Below, one piece after another: positions 16,179-25,438 of a stretch of 64,000 bases of DNA. The DNA is from Eubacteriales bacterium (lineage in GTDB: Bacteria > Bacillota > Clostridia > Oscillospirales > CAG-272). The notes under the pieces are model-generated. The model was not told the DNA's origin, ran no database searches, and saw only the letters and a list, made by a program, of their open reading frames with translations. The stretch spans positions 14,952-78,951 of the forward strand of contig JAZQTA010000057.1 in NCBI GenBank assembly GCA_045630385.1. Reading direction: 5' to 3'. The position numbers and the translations under genes were made by a program. Numbering within the stretch: the first letter of the stretch is position 1; each line of letters starts with the position of its first letter.

Positions 16179-18953
16179 TTATTCGGAGCGAAGAGCCACT
16201 ACGGGATCCTTCTTCGCCGCAGATCTCGCAGGGAACACGCCCGAGATCAGAGTGAGGAACACGCTGAGCAGAATCATAAGAATCGCCTGCTGGGGCGGAA
16301 GCTTCGCGATCGCGGGAATATTCGCTGCCTTTTTAAGGATAATATTGATGATCACGGAAACACCGTAGGTCACACCAACGCCGAACACACCCGAAAGCAA
16401 ACCGAGAATAAAGGTCTCTGCCGTAAAGAGACGGGAAACATCCTTCTTGCGGCCGCCGATGGAACGGATAACGCCGATCTCCTTGATTCTCTCCACAACC
16501 GAAACGTAGGTGATAATGCCGATCATAACCGTGGATACCACCAAAGAAATAGAAGTGAAGGCAATCAATGCGTAAGAAATAATATCGATCATCGTGTTGA
16601 TCATGGCAATAACGAGGTCGAGCGTATCCGTATAGGTCACGTCACTTCTGTCCGCCTTCTTGATCACCGTGCCGCCCGCGGTAATATCTCCCTCCTCGTT
16701 CCAAGCATCGAGATAAGCATTTACCTGATCCTTGGTTTCGAAGTTGTTGGGATAGATAGAAACGGAATTTGCAAGATCGTTACCGCCGAGGTTACGAAGC
16801 GAAAGCTCATACAGAGACTGGAGGCCCACGCTGCCTGTGCTTCCTGTGCTGCCGGTGCTGCCCGTGCTGCCCATGCTACCCGTTCCGCCGGTGCCGCCTG
16901 CACTGCCTGAGCCACCCATGCCGCCCATGCCGCTCAAGGCACCCAAGCCGCCCAAGTCGCTAAACATCGACTGGCCAACGAAGATCGTATCGGTATAAGC
17001 CTCCCCCTCATACGTAAAGGAAAGATCGTAATAGATACCGGTCTTCATCGCACCAACGGCCATGCTGCGAATGGATTCACTTCCGCTCTCGCGCAGGTAC
17101 GTTGCGATCTCAGACTCCATATTCTTTTCAAGAACGTAATCCGAAAGCGCCTCGGTATAATAGATGCCCGAGGTCATACAGCCGTAGGAGATCGTTTCCT
17201 TGGGCTGAAGAATGCCAACCACCTTCAAAGAAAGCGCATCCCCATCCGCTACGCCCTCAGCAAAGGGATCATAGGTAAAGGGAGACATCATTGCCGTGGC
17301 AGGATTTTCATTTTTGGTAAAGATCGCATCGTTTGCATGGAAGGTAAAGGTTTTTCCGAGAAGCTCCTCGTAGGTGAAGTATTCCTTCTTGTCAGCTTCG
17401 TTATAAGATTCGCTTTCGGTCGCCTCATGCACGATGTTGATAAACTGATTCTGCGAATAATAGCCGAGTCTTGCAAGCAAAAGATCCGAAATACGGCGAT
17501 CGGCATCCAGAACGAGCATGATCTCGCCCGCCTCCTTTGCCACATCACCCGCCAGCACGTTATACTGATCGGTCACGTAGGTCTCATTCGAGGGCGCTTG
17601 CTTAAACGATGGGATCATCATCGAGATAAAGGATGCATATCCACTGAATTCGGTCTTATTCAGAACCGAGGTATAAAGCGCGGTCAAGGCACTGATAGAG
17701 AGCTTACGCTCAGCGCCGGTCTCATCCTTAAAGGATGTATAGATGCTGTTGGAAAGATCGATGTCATAGCCAAAGATCATATCCGCATAATACGATTCGG
17801 GCATGGACTTCACATAATTGATGTACGCCTGTGTGATCTCGTTTTTCAGTATGAACGCTTCGGTCGTATCCTGCATCTTTGCAACATGTGCCAGCATGGA
17901 ATTGATAAAGACCTTGCCGTCCTCCTGCTTGATCTCTTCGAAATCAAGCGAGGACATAAGATCGGTGATCGCCTCAAAATCATACACGGTTTCGGCAATA
18001 TGGATCGGGTAGCCCGAAAGCATATCGTCCTGCATGGAGGCAACGTAACCCTTGATGCCGGCGGAAAGCGCAAGCACTAGGGCGATACCTATGATACCGA
18101 TCGAGCCGGCAAAGCCAACCATAGCGGTTCTTCTCTTTTTCGATATCAAATTCTTTGCGGAAAGGCGAAAGGCCGTGAAGACCGACATCTTCGCCTTCTC
18201 CTTACCGGTGCGGCGGCCGCGCTTTTTACGGTCAAATCTGCGGTACAGCGAGGTCTCCGTTTTTTCTCCCGCCTCGGAGAAGGGATTGGTGTCCTCCACC
18301 ACACGGCCATCCAAAAGACGAACGATACGCGTGGAATATTCCTCTGCAAGCTCAGGGTTATGCGTAACCATGATAACCAGGCGCTCCTTAGAAATCTCGC
18401 GGATCAGATCCATGATCTGCACGCTCGTCTGCGTATCCAAAGCACCCGTAGGCTCATCGGCAAGCAAGATCTCCGGATCATTTACAAGCGCTCGCGCGAT
18501 TGCAACGCGCTGGCACTGACCGCCCGAAAGCTGATTGGGGCGCTGATAATACTTTCCCTTCAAGCCGACGCGGTCGAGCGCTTCCCTTGCGCGGCGGCGC
18601 CTCTCATCACGCGAAATACCCGCGATCGTCAGCGCGAGCTCCACGTTTTCCAGCACCGTCTGGTGCGGAATCAAATTGTAGCTCTGGAAAATAAATCCGA
18701 CACGGTGATTACGGTATACGTCCCAATCTCTGTCGTTAAAGGCCTTCGTGCTGCGCCCGCTGATTGTGAGATCGCCCGAGGTATACTTATCCAAACCGCC
18801 GATGATATTCAGCAGCGTGGTTTTTCCGCAGCCCGAGGGACCGAGAATGGACACAAACTCACTCTTGCGGAAGCAGATACTCACGTCACGCAGGGCTTCC
18901 ACCCGCTCCGATGCTGTCACATAAACTTTTGTGATGTTCTTAAGTTTAAGCAT
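16179..18953 (-). CDS. Fused ABC transporter ATP-binding/permease protein (MacB/FtsX-like) with very large extracytoplasmic domain
   Basis: The ORF is 924 aa with Walker A GPSGCGKTT, signature LSGGQCQRVAIARAL, and Walker B ILLADEPTGALD. The C-terminal region is a 4-TM FtsX-like domain. A loop of about 500 aa sits between TM1 and TM2. Confidence 0.85.
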   Translation of the reverse strand: MLKLKNITKVYVTASERVEALRDVSICFRKSEFVSILGPSGCGKTTLLNIIGGLDKYTSGDLTISGRSTKAFNDRDWDVYRNHRVGFIFQSYNLIPHQTVLENVELALTIAGISRDERRRRAREALDRVGLKGKYYQRPNQLSGGQCQRVAIARALVNDPEILLADEPTGALDTQTSVQIMDLIREISKERLVIMVTHNPELAEEYSTRIVRLLDGRVVEDTNPFSEAGEKTETSLYRRFDRKKRGRRTGKEKAKMSVFTAFRLSAKNLISKKRRTAMVGFAGSIGIIGIALVLALSAGIKGYVASMQDDMLSGYPIHIAETVYDFEAITDLMSSLDFEEIKQEDGKVFINSMLAHVAKMQDTTEAFILKNEITQAYINYVKSMPESYYADMIFGYDIDLSNSIYTSFKDETGAERKLSISALTALYTSVLNKTEFSGYASFISMMIPSFKQAPSNETYVTDQYNVLAGDVAKEAGEIMLVLDADRRISDLLLARLGYYSQNQFINIVHEATESESYNEADKKEYFTYEELLGKTFTFHANDAIFTKNENPATAMMSPFTYDPFAEGVADGDALSLKVVGILQPKETISYGCMTSGIYYTEALSDYVLEKNMESEIATYLRESGSESIRSMAVGAMKTGIYYDLSFTYEGEAYTDTIFVGQSMFSDLGGLGALSGMGGMGGSGSAGGTGGTGSMGSTGSTGSTGSTGSVGLQSLYELSLRNLGGNDLANSVSIYPNNFETKDQVNAYLDAWNEEGDITAGGTVIKKADRSDVTYTDTLDLVIAMINTMIDIISYALIAFTSISLVVSTVMIGIITYVSVVERIKEIGVIRSIGGRKKDVSRLFTAETFILGLLSGVFGVGVTYGVSVIINIILKKAANIPAIAKLPPQQAILMILLSVFLTLISGVFPARSAAKKDPVVALRSE
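16829..16957 (-). repeat. Imperfect 9/12-nt repeats encoding a Gly/Ser/Thr-rich linker inside the ABC protein
   Basis: The segment encodes GGLGALSGMGGMGGSGSAGGTGGTGSMGSTGSTGSTGSTGS. The DNA shows GCTGCC/GGTGCT-type repeats. Confidence 0.7.
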
Positions 18954-19291
18954 TCTTTGTTTTCCTTTGCCATTATATTTTCACTTTATTATAAAGCATG
19001 AATATAGACATTAAATATAAAAGTTGAAAATTTTTTTTAAATTTTGAACAACGCAATAACCGAGAAATGGAGAAAAAACGCGCATGTGCAAAGTGCCGAA
19101 CCGCGCAGCCGTCACAAAAGGTCCGTGAATGCGGTATGCCGAGCAAGCATTTTTTCTCGGTTTCTTTAAGCAGATCAAAGGATCGCGCCTCCCCGATTGC
19201 AAACTTTTTGAATCGAAAAAAAACGAATACTGTTGCCTCGCTTCATGTCAAGAGTTGAAAACGCCGATTTTTTTTGTTCAAAACGCCAAAA

Positions 19292-19338
19292 ACACAATAT
19301 ATGGTTTTTTTCTCTTGACAGCACACAATATATGGTGT
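19292..19338 (+). promoter_or_regulatory. Two tandem NrdR boxes
   Basis: The boxes are ACACAATATATGGTTT (19292-19307) and ACACAATATATGGTGT (19323-19338). They match the 16-bp NrdR palindrome acaCwAtATaTwGtgt at 14/16 and 15/16 positions. The starts are 31 bp apart, the usual phasing, and they lie directly upstream of nrdD. Confidence 0.85.
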
Positions 19339-19343
19339 ATAAT
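19315..19343 (+). promoter_or_regulatory. nrdD promoter overlapped by NrdR box 2
   Basis: TTGACA (19315-19320), a 17-nt spacer, and TATAAT (19338-19343). Confidence 0.75.
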
Positions 19344-19532
19344 AGGGATACACACAAACCGCGCGGCGAGGAAAATTTTTGGCAAAAAAATCCGTTTTTT
19401 CCCCTTCGGAAAGTGCCGTTTTGCCTTGCCTCACATAGGAAAATCAGAAGTGGTGAAAGACTTTTCTTTCGCCCCTTTTTTCACCTATAAAAAGAAAAAT
19501 CCCCTCAAAAATCGCAGAAAGGATCAACGAAA

Positions 19533-21707
19533 ATGAAACTGATTAAAAGAAACGGCTCCGAAGCCATTTTCACAAGAGCAAAGATCACCGCCGCAATCGC
19601 AAAAGCAAATGACGCGGTAGAAGAATATGAAAGAATCACCGATTCGGAGATCGACGCCATTGCCCTGCGTGTAGAAGAGCAGTGCGCAAAGCTGCATCGC
19701 TCCGTAAGCGTGGAGGAGGTGCAGGACCTCGTTGAGACCGAGCTGATGGCCAAGGGTGCGTACGTGCTTGCAAAGGCGTACATCACTTACCGTTACAAGC
19801 GTGCACTCGTGCGCCGCGCCAATACCACGGATGAAAAGATCCTTTCCCTGATCGAGTGCAACAACGAAGAGGTCAAGCAGGAAAACGCAAACAAGAACCC
19901 CACCGTTAACTCCGTGCAAAGAGATTATATGGCGGGCGAGGTTTCAAAGGATATCACGCGCCGTCTGCTTCTCCCCGAAGAGATCGTCAAGGCACACGAG
20001 GACGGTCTTATCCATTTCCATGACAGCGATTATTTTGCGCAGCACATGCACAACTGTGACCTCGTTAACCTCGAGGACATGCTCCAGAACGGCACCGTTA
20101 TCAGCGGCACGATGATCGAGAAGCCTCACAGCTTCTCCACGGCCTGCAACATTGCCACGCAGATCATTGCGCAGGTTGCCTCCAACCAGTACGGCGGCCA
20201 GTCCATCAGCCTTACGCATCTTGCCCCCTTCGTGCAGATCAGCCGCGAAAAGCTGACCGCGCAGGTGAAGGCCGAGCTCGGCCGCGCCGGCGTGACGGAC
20301 GAAAAGCTGATCGCCGCGATCGCAGAGGAAAGACTGCGCGATGAGGTGCGCAAGGGCGTGCAGTGCATTCAATATCAGGTCGTAACGCTTCTCACCACAA
20401 ATGGACAAGCGCCCTTCATCACCGTATTTATGTACCTCGGTGAAGCGAAGAATGAGCAAGAGAAGGCCGACCTTGCCATGATCATCGAGGAAACGCTGAT
20501 CCAGCGCTATCGCGGCGTAAAGAACGAGGCCGGCGTTTGGATCACCCCCGCTTTCCCCAAGCTTATCTACGTCCTGGAGGAGCAGAACATCACCCCCGAT
20601 TCCAAGTACTACTATCTCACCGAGCTTGCCGCGAAGTGCACGGCAAAGCGCATGGTGCCTGACTATATCTCCGAAAAGATCATGCTGCAGAACAAGAAGG
20701 ACAAAAACGGCGTGGGCCATTGCTACACCTGCATGGGCTGCCGCTCCTTCCTGACTCCCTTCGTGGATGAAGACGGAAACCCGAAATACTACGGCCGCTT
20801 CAATCAGGGTGTCGTTACCGTAAACCTCGTAGACATCGGTCTTTGCGCTGACGGTAATATGGAAAAGTTCTGGGAGGTCTTTGACGACAGAATGGAGCTT
20901 TGCCACAAGGCTCTGCAGTGCCGCCACGAGCGCCTGAGCGGAACGCTTTCCGATGCCGCTCCCATCCTCTGGCAGTACGGTGCGCTCACAAGACTCAAGA
21001 AGGGTGAAACCATTGATAAATATCTGCACGGCGGATATTCCACCATCTCTCTCGGCTATGCCGGCCTTTGGGAGTGCGTATACGCGCTGAACGGCAAGAA
21101 GCTGACCGAGCCGGAGGGCGAGCCACTCGGCCTTGAGATCATGAAGAAGCTCAACGAATACACCGCTAAGTGGAAGGCCGCAGAGAACATCGACTATTCG
21201 CTTTACGGAACGCCCCTTGAGAGCACGACCTACAAGTTTGCCAAGTGCCTGCAGAAGCGCTTCGGCATCATCAAGGGCGTGACCGACCGCAACTATATCA
21301 CCAACTCCTACCACGTGCACGTAACCGAGCCGATCGACGCATTCGATAAGCTCACGCTGGAATCCAAGTTCCAGGCGCTCTCCCCCGGCGGCGCGATCTC
21401 CTACGTGGAGGGTCCCGACATGCAGAACAACATTGAGGCCGTGCTGGGTGTCATGCAGTTCATTTACGACAACATTATGTACGCCGAGCTGAATACCAAG
21501 AGCGACTATTGCCAGGTTTGCGGCTACGACGGAGAGATCGCGATCTGCGAGGACGAGGACGGCAAGCTCGTTTGGGAATGCCCGAACTGCCACAACCGCG
21601 ATCAAGCAAAGATGAACGTCGCAAGAAGAACCTGCGGCTATATCGGAACGCAGTATTGGAATCAGGGCAGAACCTCCGAGATCAAGGACAGAGTCCTGCA
21701 TCTGTAA
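19533..21707 (+). CDS. nrdD: Anaerobic ribonucleoside-triphosphate reductase (class III)
   Basis: The ORF is 724 aa with an N-terminal ATP-cone (MKLIKRNGSEAIFTRAKI), a C-terminal Zn ribbon (CQVCGY...CPNCH) and the glycyl-radical motif RRTCGYIG. Confidence 0.95.
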   Translation: MKLIKRNGSEAIFTRAKITAAIAKANDAVEEYERITDSEIDAIALRVEEQCAKLHRSVSVEEVQDLVETELMAKGAYVLAKAYITYRYKRALVRRANTTDEKILSLIECNNEEVKQENANKNPTVNSVQRDYMAGEVSKDITRRLLLPEEIVKAHEDGLIHFHDSDYFAQHMHNCDLVNLEDMLQNGTVISGTMIEKPHSFSTACNIATQIIAQVASNQYGGQSISLTHLAPFVQISREKLTAQVKAELGRAGVTDEKLIAAIAEERLRDEVRKGVQCIQYQVVTLLTTNGQAPFITVFMYLGEAKNEQEKADLAMIIEETLIQRYRGVKNEAGVWITPAFPKLIYVLEEQNITPDSKYYYLTELAAKCTAKRMVPDYISEKIMLQNKKDKNGVGHCYTCMGCRSFLTPFVDEDGNPKYYGRFNQGVVTVNLVDIGLCADGNMEKFWEVFDDRMELCHKALQCRHERLSGTLSDAAPILWQYGALTRLKKGETIDKYLHGGYSTISLGYAGLWECVYALNGKKLTEPEGEPLGLEIMKKLNEYTAKWKAAENIDYSLYGTPLESTTYKFAKCLQKRFGIIKGVTDRNYITNSYHVHVTEPIDAFDKLTLESKFQALSPGGAISYVEGPDMQNNIEAVLGVMQFIYDNIMYAELNTKSDYCQVCGYDGEIAICEDEDGKLVWECPNCHNRDQAKMNVARRTCGYIGTQYWNQGRTSEIKDRVLHL

Positions 21708-21723
21708 TTTTTAGGAAAACACC

Positions 21724-22719
21724 ATGAAGATAGGAAACCTGACGCTCAAACACGGTCTTTTTCTCGGACCGATGGCAGGCTATACCGATTACGGTATGCG
21801 CGAGATCTCGAAGCGTTACGGTGCGGAATATCTCGTGACGGAAATGGTCAGCGCCAAGGCGGTGCTTCATAACGATAAAAAAACCTGCGCCTTGGCCTAC
21901 TTTCCCGAAAGCCAAAGCCCCTGTGCCATTCAGATCTTCGGCAGCGAGCCTGCGGTTATGGCAGAGGCGGCAAAAAGACTTTCGGAAGGTGTCGGCGGCG
22001 GATGCGCCCCCGTAGCCATGGATATCAATATGGGTTGTCCCGTTCCGAAGGTTTTCGGAAACGGCGAGGGGAGTGCCTTGATGGCAAGCCCCTCTCTTAT
22101 TTTTGATATCGTGAAGGCCGTCAGAGAAGCAATCCATATCCCCGTCACCGTCAAGCTTCGCGCCGGCATCGACGAGCGGCATAAAAATGCCGCGGAATGC
22201 GCCAAGGCGGCCGAGGCCGCGGGTGCCGCTCTCATCGCCGTGCACGGGCGCACGAGAAAGCAAATGTATATGGGCCTTGCCGACAGAGAGATCATTCGCA
22301 GCGTGAAAGAAGCCGTTGCCGTCCCCGTGATCGCAAACGGCGATATTTATACGGCAGACGATGCCCTTTCGATGCTGCGCGAAACGGGCGCGGACGGCGT
22401 TATGGTGGCAAGAGGCGCGGTGGGCAATCCGTTTATCTTCCGCGAGATCGCCGCCGCATTAGAGGGCATTCCCTGCCCCGCTCCCACCCCCGCCGAGCGC
22501 ATAGAGGCGGCACTTCTGCAGCTTTCCTTTTCCATCGAGCAAAAGGGCGAAGCCCTTGCCGTGGTGGAAGGGCGCAAGCAGATCGCGGGCTACCTGAAGG
22601 GACAGCGCGGCGCGGCCGCCCTGCGCGGAAGGATTCACACGGCAAGCACCTTTGCCGAGATGAAGGAAGCCCTCTCCGAGGCGCTCGCTCTTTCAGAGGC
22701 AGAATCCGCCCTTGACTAA
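21724..22719 (+). CDS. dusB: tRNA-dihydrouridine synthase
   Basis: The ORF is 331 aa with LGPMAGYTDYGMR, DINMGCP and HGRTR motifs of the Dus family. Confidence 0.85.
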   Translation: MKIGNLTLKHGLFLGPMAGYTDYGMREISKRYGAEYLVTEMVSAKAVLHNDKKTCALAYFPESQSPCAIQIFGSEPAVMAEAAKRLSEGVGGGCAPVAMDINMGCPVPKVFGNGEGSALMASPSLIFDIVKAVREAIHIPVTVKLRAGIDERHKNAAECAKAAEAAGAALIAVHGRTRKQMYMGLADREIIRSVKEAVAVPVIANGDIYTADDALSMLRETGADGVMVARGAVGNPFIFREIAAALEGIPCPAPTPAERIEAALLQLSFSIEQKGEALAVVEGRKQIAGYLKGQRGAAALRGRIHTASTFAEMKEALSEALALSEAESALD

Positions 22720-22778
22720 CCACCCGTATCACCTCAGCAATGAACCTTCAAACGCATCCGCATTCGCTAAATAAATAA

Positions 22779-22821
22779 AGCGCCGGCAAGGGTGGTTTCT
22801 CCTCCTCGTCGGCGCTTTTTT
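22779..22821 (+). terminator. Probable intrinsic terminator after dusB
   Basis: The stem AGCGCCG ... CGGCGCT is followed by TTTTTT. The loop is large. Confidence 0.55.
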
Positions 22822-22919
22822 AATGCAAATGCAAAGTTTTGTTTGCAAAATATTTTCATCCGTTCATGATCAGAGAGTTCAAATAACTCCTATTCACACA
22901 GATCGTTTTAATTGCGCTT

Positions 22920-23675
22920 TTATTTTTTTGGACTGTATCCTTTCATGATTTTCATGATATCTTTTTTATAAACGTTGCCCCCGAGAACGTCGCCGTTAGG
23001 AGAAAAGGAAATGCATTTTACGTCATGCGCGTCCTCCGCGTATGGGTTTTCGGGGCGCGATGCAATGAAATACTCCGCCAAGAATTTCAAGGCGTTTCCT
23101 TCCGGGAAGACCACGTTTCCCTCTCCCACGGGGATCTGCATATCGGCAAAGGACGCGAGGATCTCTCGCGTTTTTCTATTGTAGGGATTTTCATCCTCGC
23201 GGCTTACGAGCCATGCGGGCGAAAGGCGGATCGGGATGCCGCACCGCTTTGTCTCACGCGCAAAGATCTGCACCGTGCCGAGCGGAATGGACTCCTGGTG
23301 AAAGGCATCCACAGAGAGAAGCAGATCGTTCACGCCGACGCGCGCGAGCATTCTTGCCACCTCGCCGATTTGCTTTTCATCATTGGAAAAATAACCGTTG
23401 GTGATCACCTGGCGCTTCGGGACCTCGAGCTCCCGCGCGGCTTCCATGATCTTCTCCACCGCCTGCGGATGTAACAGCGGCTCGCCGCCAAAGGCCATGA
23501 CGGTTTTTATATCATATACCGCCGCGATCTTCCGCACGGCATCTGCGGCTACGAAAGGATCGATCCGCTCGCCCGAGGCGCAATGCGCCCCCTCGGAGCA
23601 ATGCTTGCACCGTCCCGTGCACGCATTCGTCACGGCGAATTCGATTTTTTGCGTACTTTTAAGATATGGATTCAT
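22920..23675 (-). CDS. Radical SAM protein (function unknown)
   Basis: This is track ORF 22920..23756, trimmed to MNPYLKST (GGAG 7 nt upstream). It carries a CTGRCKHCSEG (CxxxCxxC) cluster and a GGEPLL motif. Confidence 0.8.
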   Translation of the reverse strand: MNPYLKSTQKIEFAVTNACTGRCKHCSEGAHCASGERIDPFVAADAVRKIAAVYDIKTVMAFGGEPLLHPQAVEKIMEAARELEVPKRQVITNGYFSNDEKQIGEVARMLARVGVNDLLLSVDAFHQESIPLGTVQIFARETKRCGIPIRLSPAWLVSREDENPYNRKTREILASFADMQIPVGEGNVVFPEGNALKFLAEYFIASRPENPYAEDAHDVKCISFSPNGDVLGGNVYKKDIMKIMKGYSPKK

Positions 23676-23861
23676 GGCAGATCTCCGGCCGTCCTTCATT
23701 CGGATTTTGACATTTGAAAGGCGCTTTCCGCGCTCCCTAAGAAAATTATAGCACATGATATAAAAAATGTAAAGTCCGATCCGTCCCCGTGAATTTTCGC
23801 TTTCGGATTTGACTCTGCCCTTTTATATAAAAAATAAAATGAAGAAATATACTTTATTTTA

Positions 23862-23890
23862 TTGACAAACAAAAGATCCTGTGCTAAAAT
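23862..23890 (+). promoter_or_regulatory. Promoter of the nucleoside ABC operon
   Basis: TTGACA (23862-23867), a 17-nt spacer, and the extended -10 TGCTAAAAT (23882-23890). Confidence 0.65.
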
Positions 23891-24023
23891 AAAACATGTT
23901 AGCAATACCGGTCGAAAATTTTATTTTTGGTTTGTAGAAGCTTCGGCTTTTATAAATAAAAAAAATGCGCTCCGCGACAAAATGCGAGCCGCGGACGTCA
24001 AAAAATTAAGGAGGAACATTAAA

Positions 24024-25286
24024 ATGTTCAAAAAAGTTTTATCCCTTATTCTCGCATTGGTTATGATCAGCGCACTCGCAGTGTCCTTTACGTCCTGCGG
24101 CAAAAAGGCTGTTTCTGACATGACCGAGGCACCTCTCGCAGCAGTGGAGCTCAAGAAGGATTTCGACGTTCCCGCTGATTTCAAGATCGGCGTTATCTGC
24201 CTGCACGACGAGGCTTCCACCTACGACCTCAACTTCATCAACGGCGTGAAGAAGATGCAGTCTGTGCTTGGTCTCTCCGACTCGCAGATCATCTACAAGA
24301 AGGGTATCCCCGAGTCTGCGGATTGCACCGTAGCTGCCGATGACCTTGTTGACCAGGGTTGCAAGATCGTGTTTGCAAACTCCTTCGGTCACGAGTCCTT
24401 CCTTCTTGAGTCCGCAAAGAAGCATCCCGAGGTTCAGTTCTGCCACGCTACCGGTACTACTGCTCACACCAAGGGTGTTGCTAACTTCCACAATGCATTC
24501 GCTTCCATCTACGAGGGCAGATATCTTGCAGGCGTTGCCGCAGGTCTCAAGCTCAACGAGATGATCGCTGACGGCAAGATCACCCCTGCAGAGGCAAAGA
24601 TCGGCTACGTTGGTGCATTCCCCTACGCAGAGGTTAAGTCCGGCTACACCTCCTTCTTCCTTGGCGCAAGATCCATCTGCCCCTCCGCTACCATGGAGGT
24701 TCAGTTCACCGGTTCTTGGTACGATGAGATCAAGGAAAAGGAAACCGCTACCGCTCTTATCAACAATAAGTGCGTTCTTATTTCTCAGCACGCAGACTCC
24801 ATGGGTGCTCCCACCGTTTGCGAGGAGAAGGGCGTTCCGAACGTTTCCTACAACGGCTCTACCGACGAGGCTTGCCCCGCAACCTTCATCGTTTCCTCCA
24901 GAATCGATTGGGCACCTTACTATGTTTACATCATTAAGCAGTACTGCACCGGCGAAGAGATCGCTACCGACTGGACCGGAACGGTTGCTACCGGCTCCGT
25001 AGTTCTTACCGGTATCAACAAGACCGCTGCTGCAGAGGGCACCTTCGAGAAGATCCAGGAGGTTGCTGCAAAGCTGAAGAGCGGCGAGATCAAGGTATTT
25101 GATACCGACACCTTCACCGTTGGCGGTCAGAAGGTAACCACCTACCTGGCTGACGTAGACGATTTCGGCGATTTCAAACCCGAGACCGAGGCAATCAAGG
25201 ACGGCTACTTTGCAGAGAGCGCTGATCGTTCCGCTCCTTACTTCGACATTAACATTGATGGAATTACCCTCATCACCGAGGACTAA
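24024..25286 (+). CDS. BMP-family (PnrA-like) ABC transporter substrate-binding lipoprotein
   Basis: This is track ORF 23862..25286, trimmed to MFKKVLSLILALVMISALAVSFTSCG, which is a lipoprotein signal. The RBS is AAGGAGG. The gene has BMP-family layout and is followed by cognate ATPase and permease genes. Confidence 0.85.
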   Translation: MFKKVLSLILALVMISALAVSFTSCGKKAVSDMTEAPLAAVELKKDFDVPADFKIGVICLHDEASTYDLNFINGVKKMQSVLGLSDSQIIYKKGIPESADCTVAADDLVDQGCKIVFANSFGHESFLLESAKKHPEVQFCHATGTTAHTKGVANFHNAFASIYEGRYLAGVAAGLKLNEMIADGKITPAEAKIGYVGAFPYAEVKSGYTSFFLGARSICPSATMEVQFTGSWYDEIKEKETATALINNKCVLISQHADSMGAPTVCEEKGVPNVSYNGSTDEACPATFIVSSRIDWAPYYVYIIKQYCTGEEIATDWTGTVATGSVVLTGINKTAAAEGTFEKIQEVAAKLKSGEIKVFDTDTFTVGGQKVTTYLADVDDFGDFKPETEAIKDGYFAESADRSAPYFDINIDGITLITED

Positions 25287-25306
25287 TTGATCAATCATTT
25301 TCACGC

Positions 25307-25335
25307 AAACAAGCGGGGCGCCGCCCCGCTTGTTT
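25307..25335 (+). terminator. Stem-loop (attenuating terminator) after the binding-protein gene
   Basis: AAACAAGCGGGGCG C CGCCCCGCTTGTTT forms a perfect 14-bp stem. The downstream T-tract is weak. Confidence 0.6.
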
Positions 25336-25438
25336 CTTAAATTTTTCGGTCTACAAGACGCAAGCAAGCGGCTTGAGGAATTTTCTCAAGTCGCTTCCTT
25401 GAATTTTGTAGAAGATTTCTTTTTACGGAGGAATTTGG

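Noticed and set aside
19344-19532. Possible cobalamin or other riboswitch in the roughly 190-nt nrdD leader.
   Set aside because: I could find no B12 box (GCCACTG-like) or other recognisable aptamer core. Regulation is already explained by the NrdR boxes. The question is left open rather than called.
22920-23675. Radical SAM gene considered as the missing NrdG activase, or as a RiPP maturase.
   Set aside because: It is on the opposite strand and separated from nrdD by dusB. Its sequence context does not look NrdG-like. No small precursor-peptide ORF with an RBS was found on either flank.
23891-24023. Possible riboswitch in the roughly 125-nt leader of the nucleoside ABC operon.
   Set aside because: Only short generic hairpins are present, and nothing matches the purine, 2'-dG, PRPP or ZTP cores that I know.
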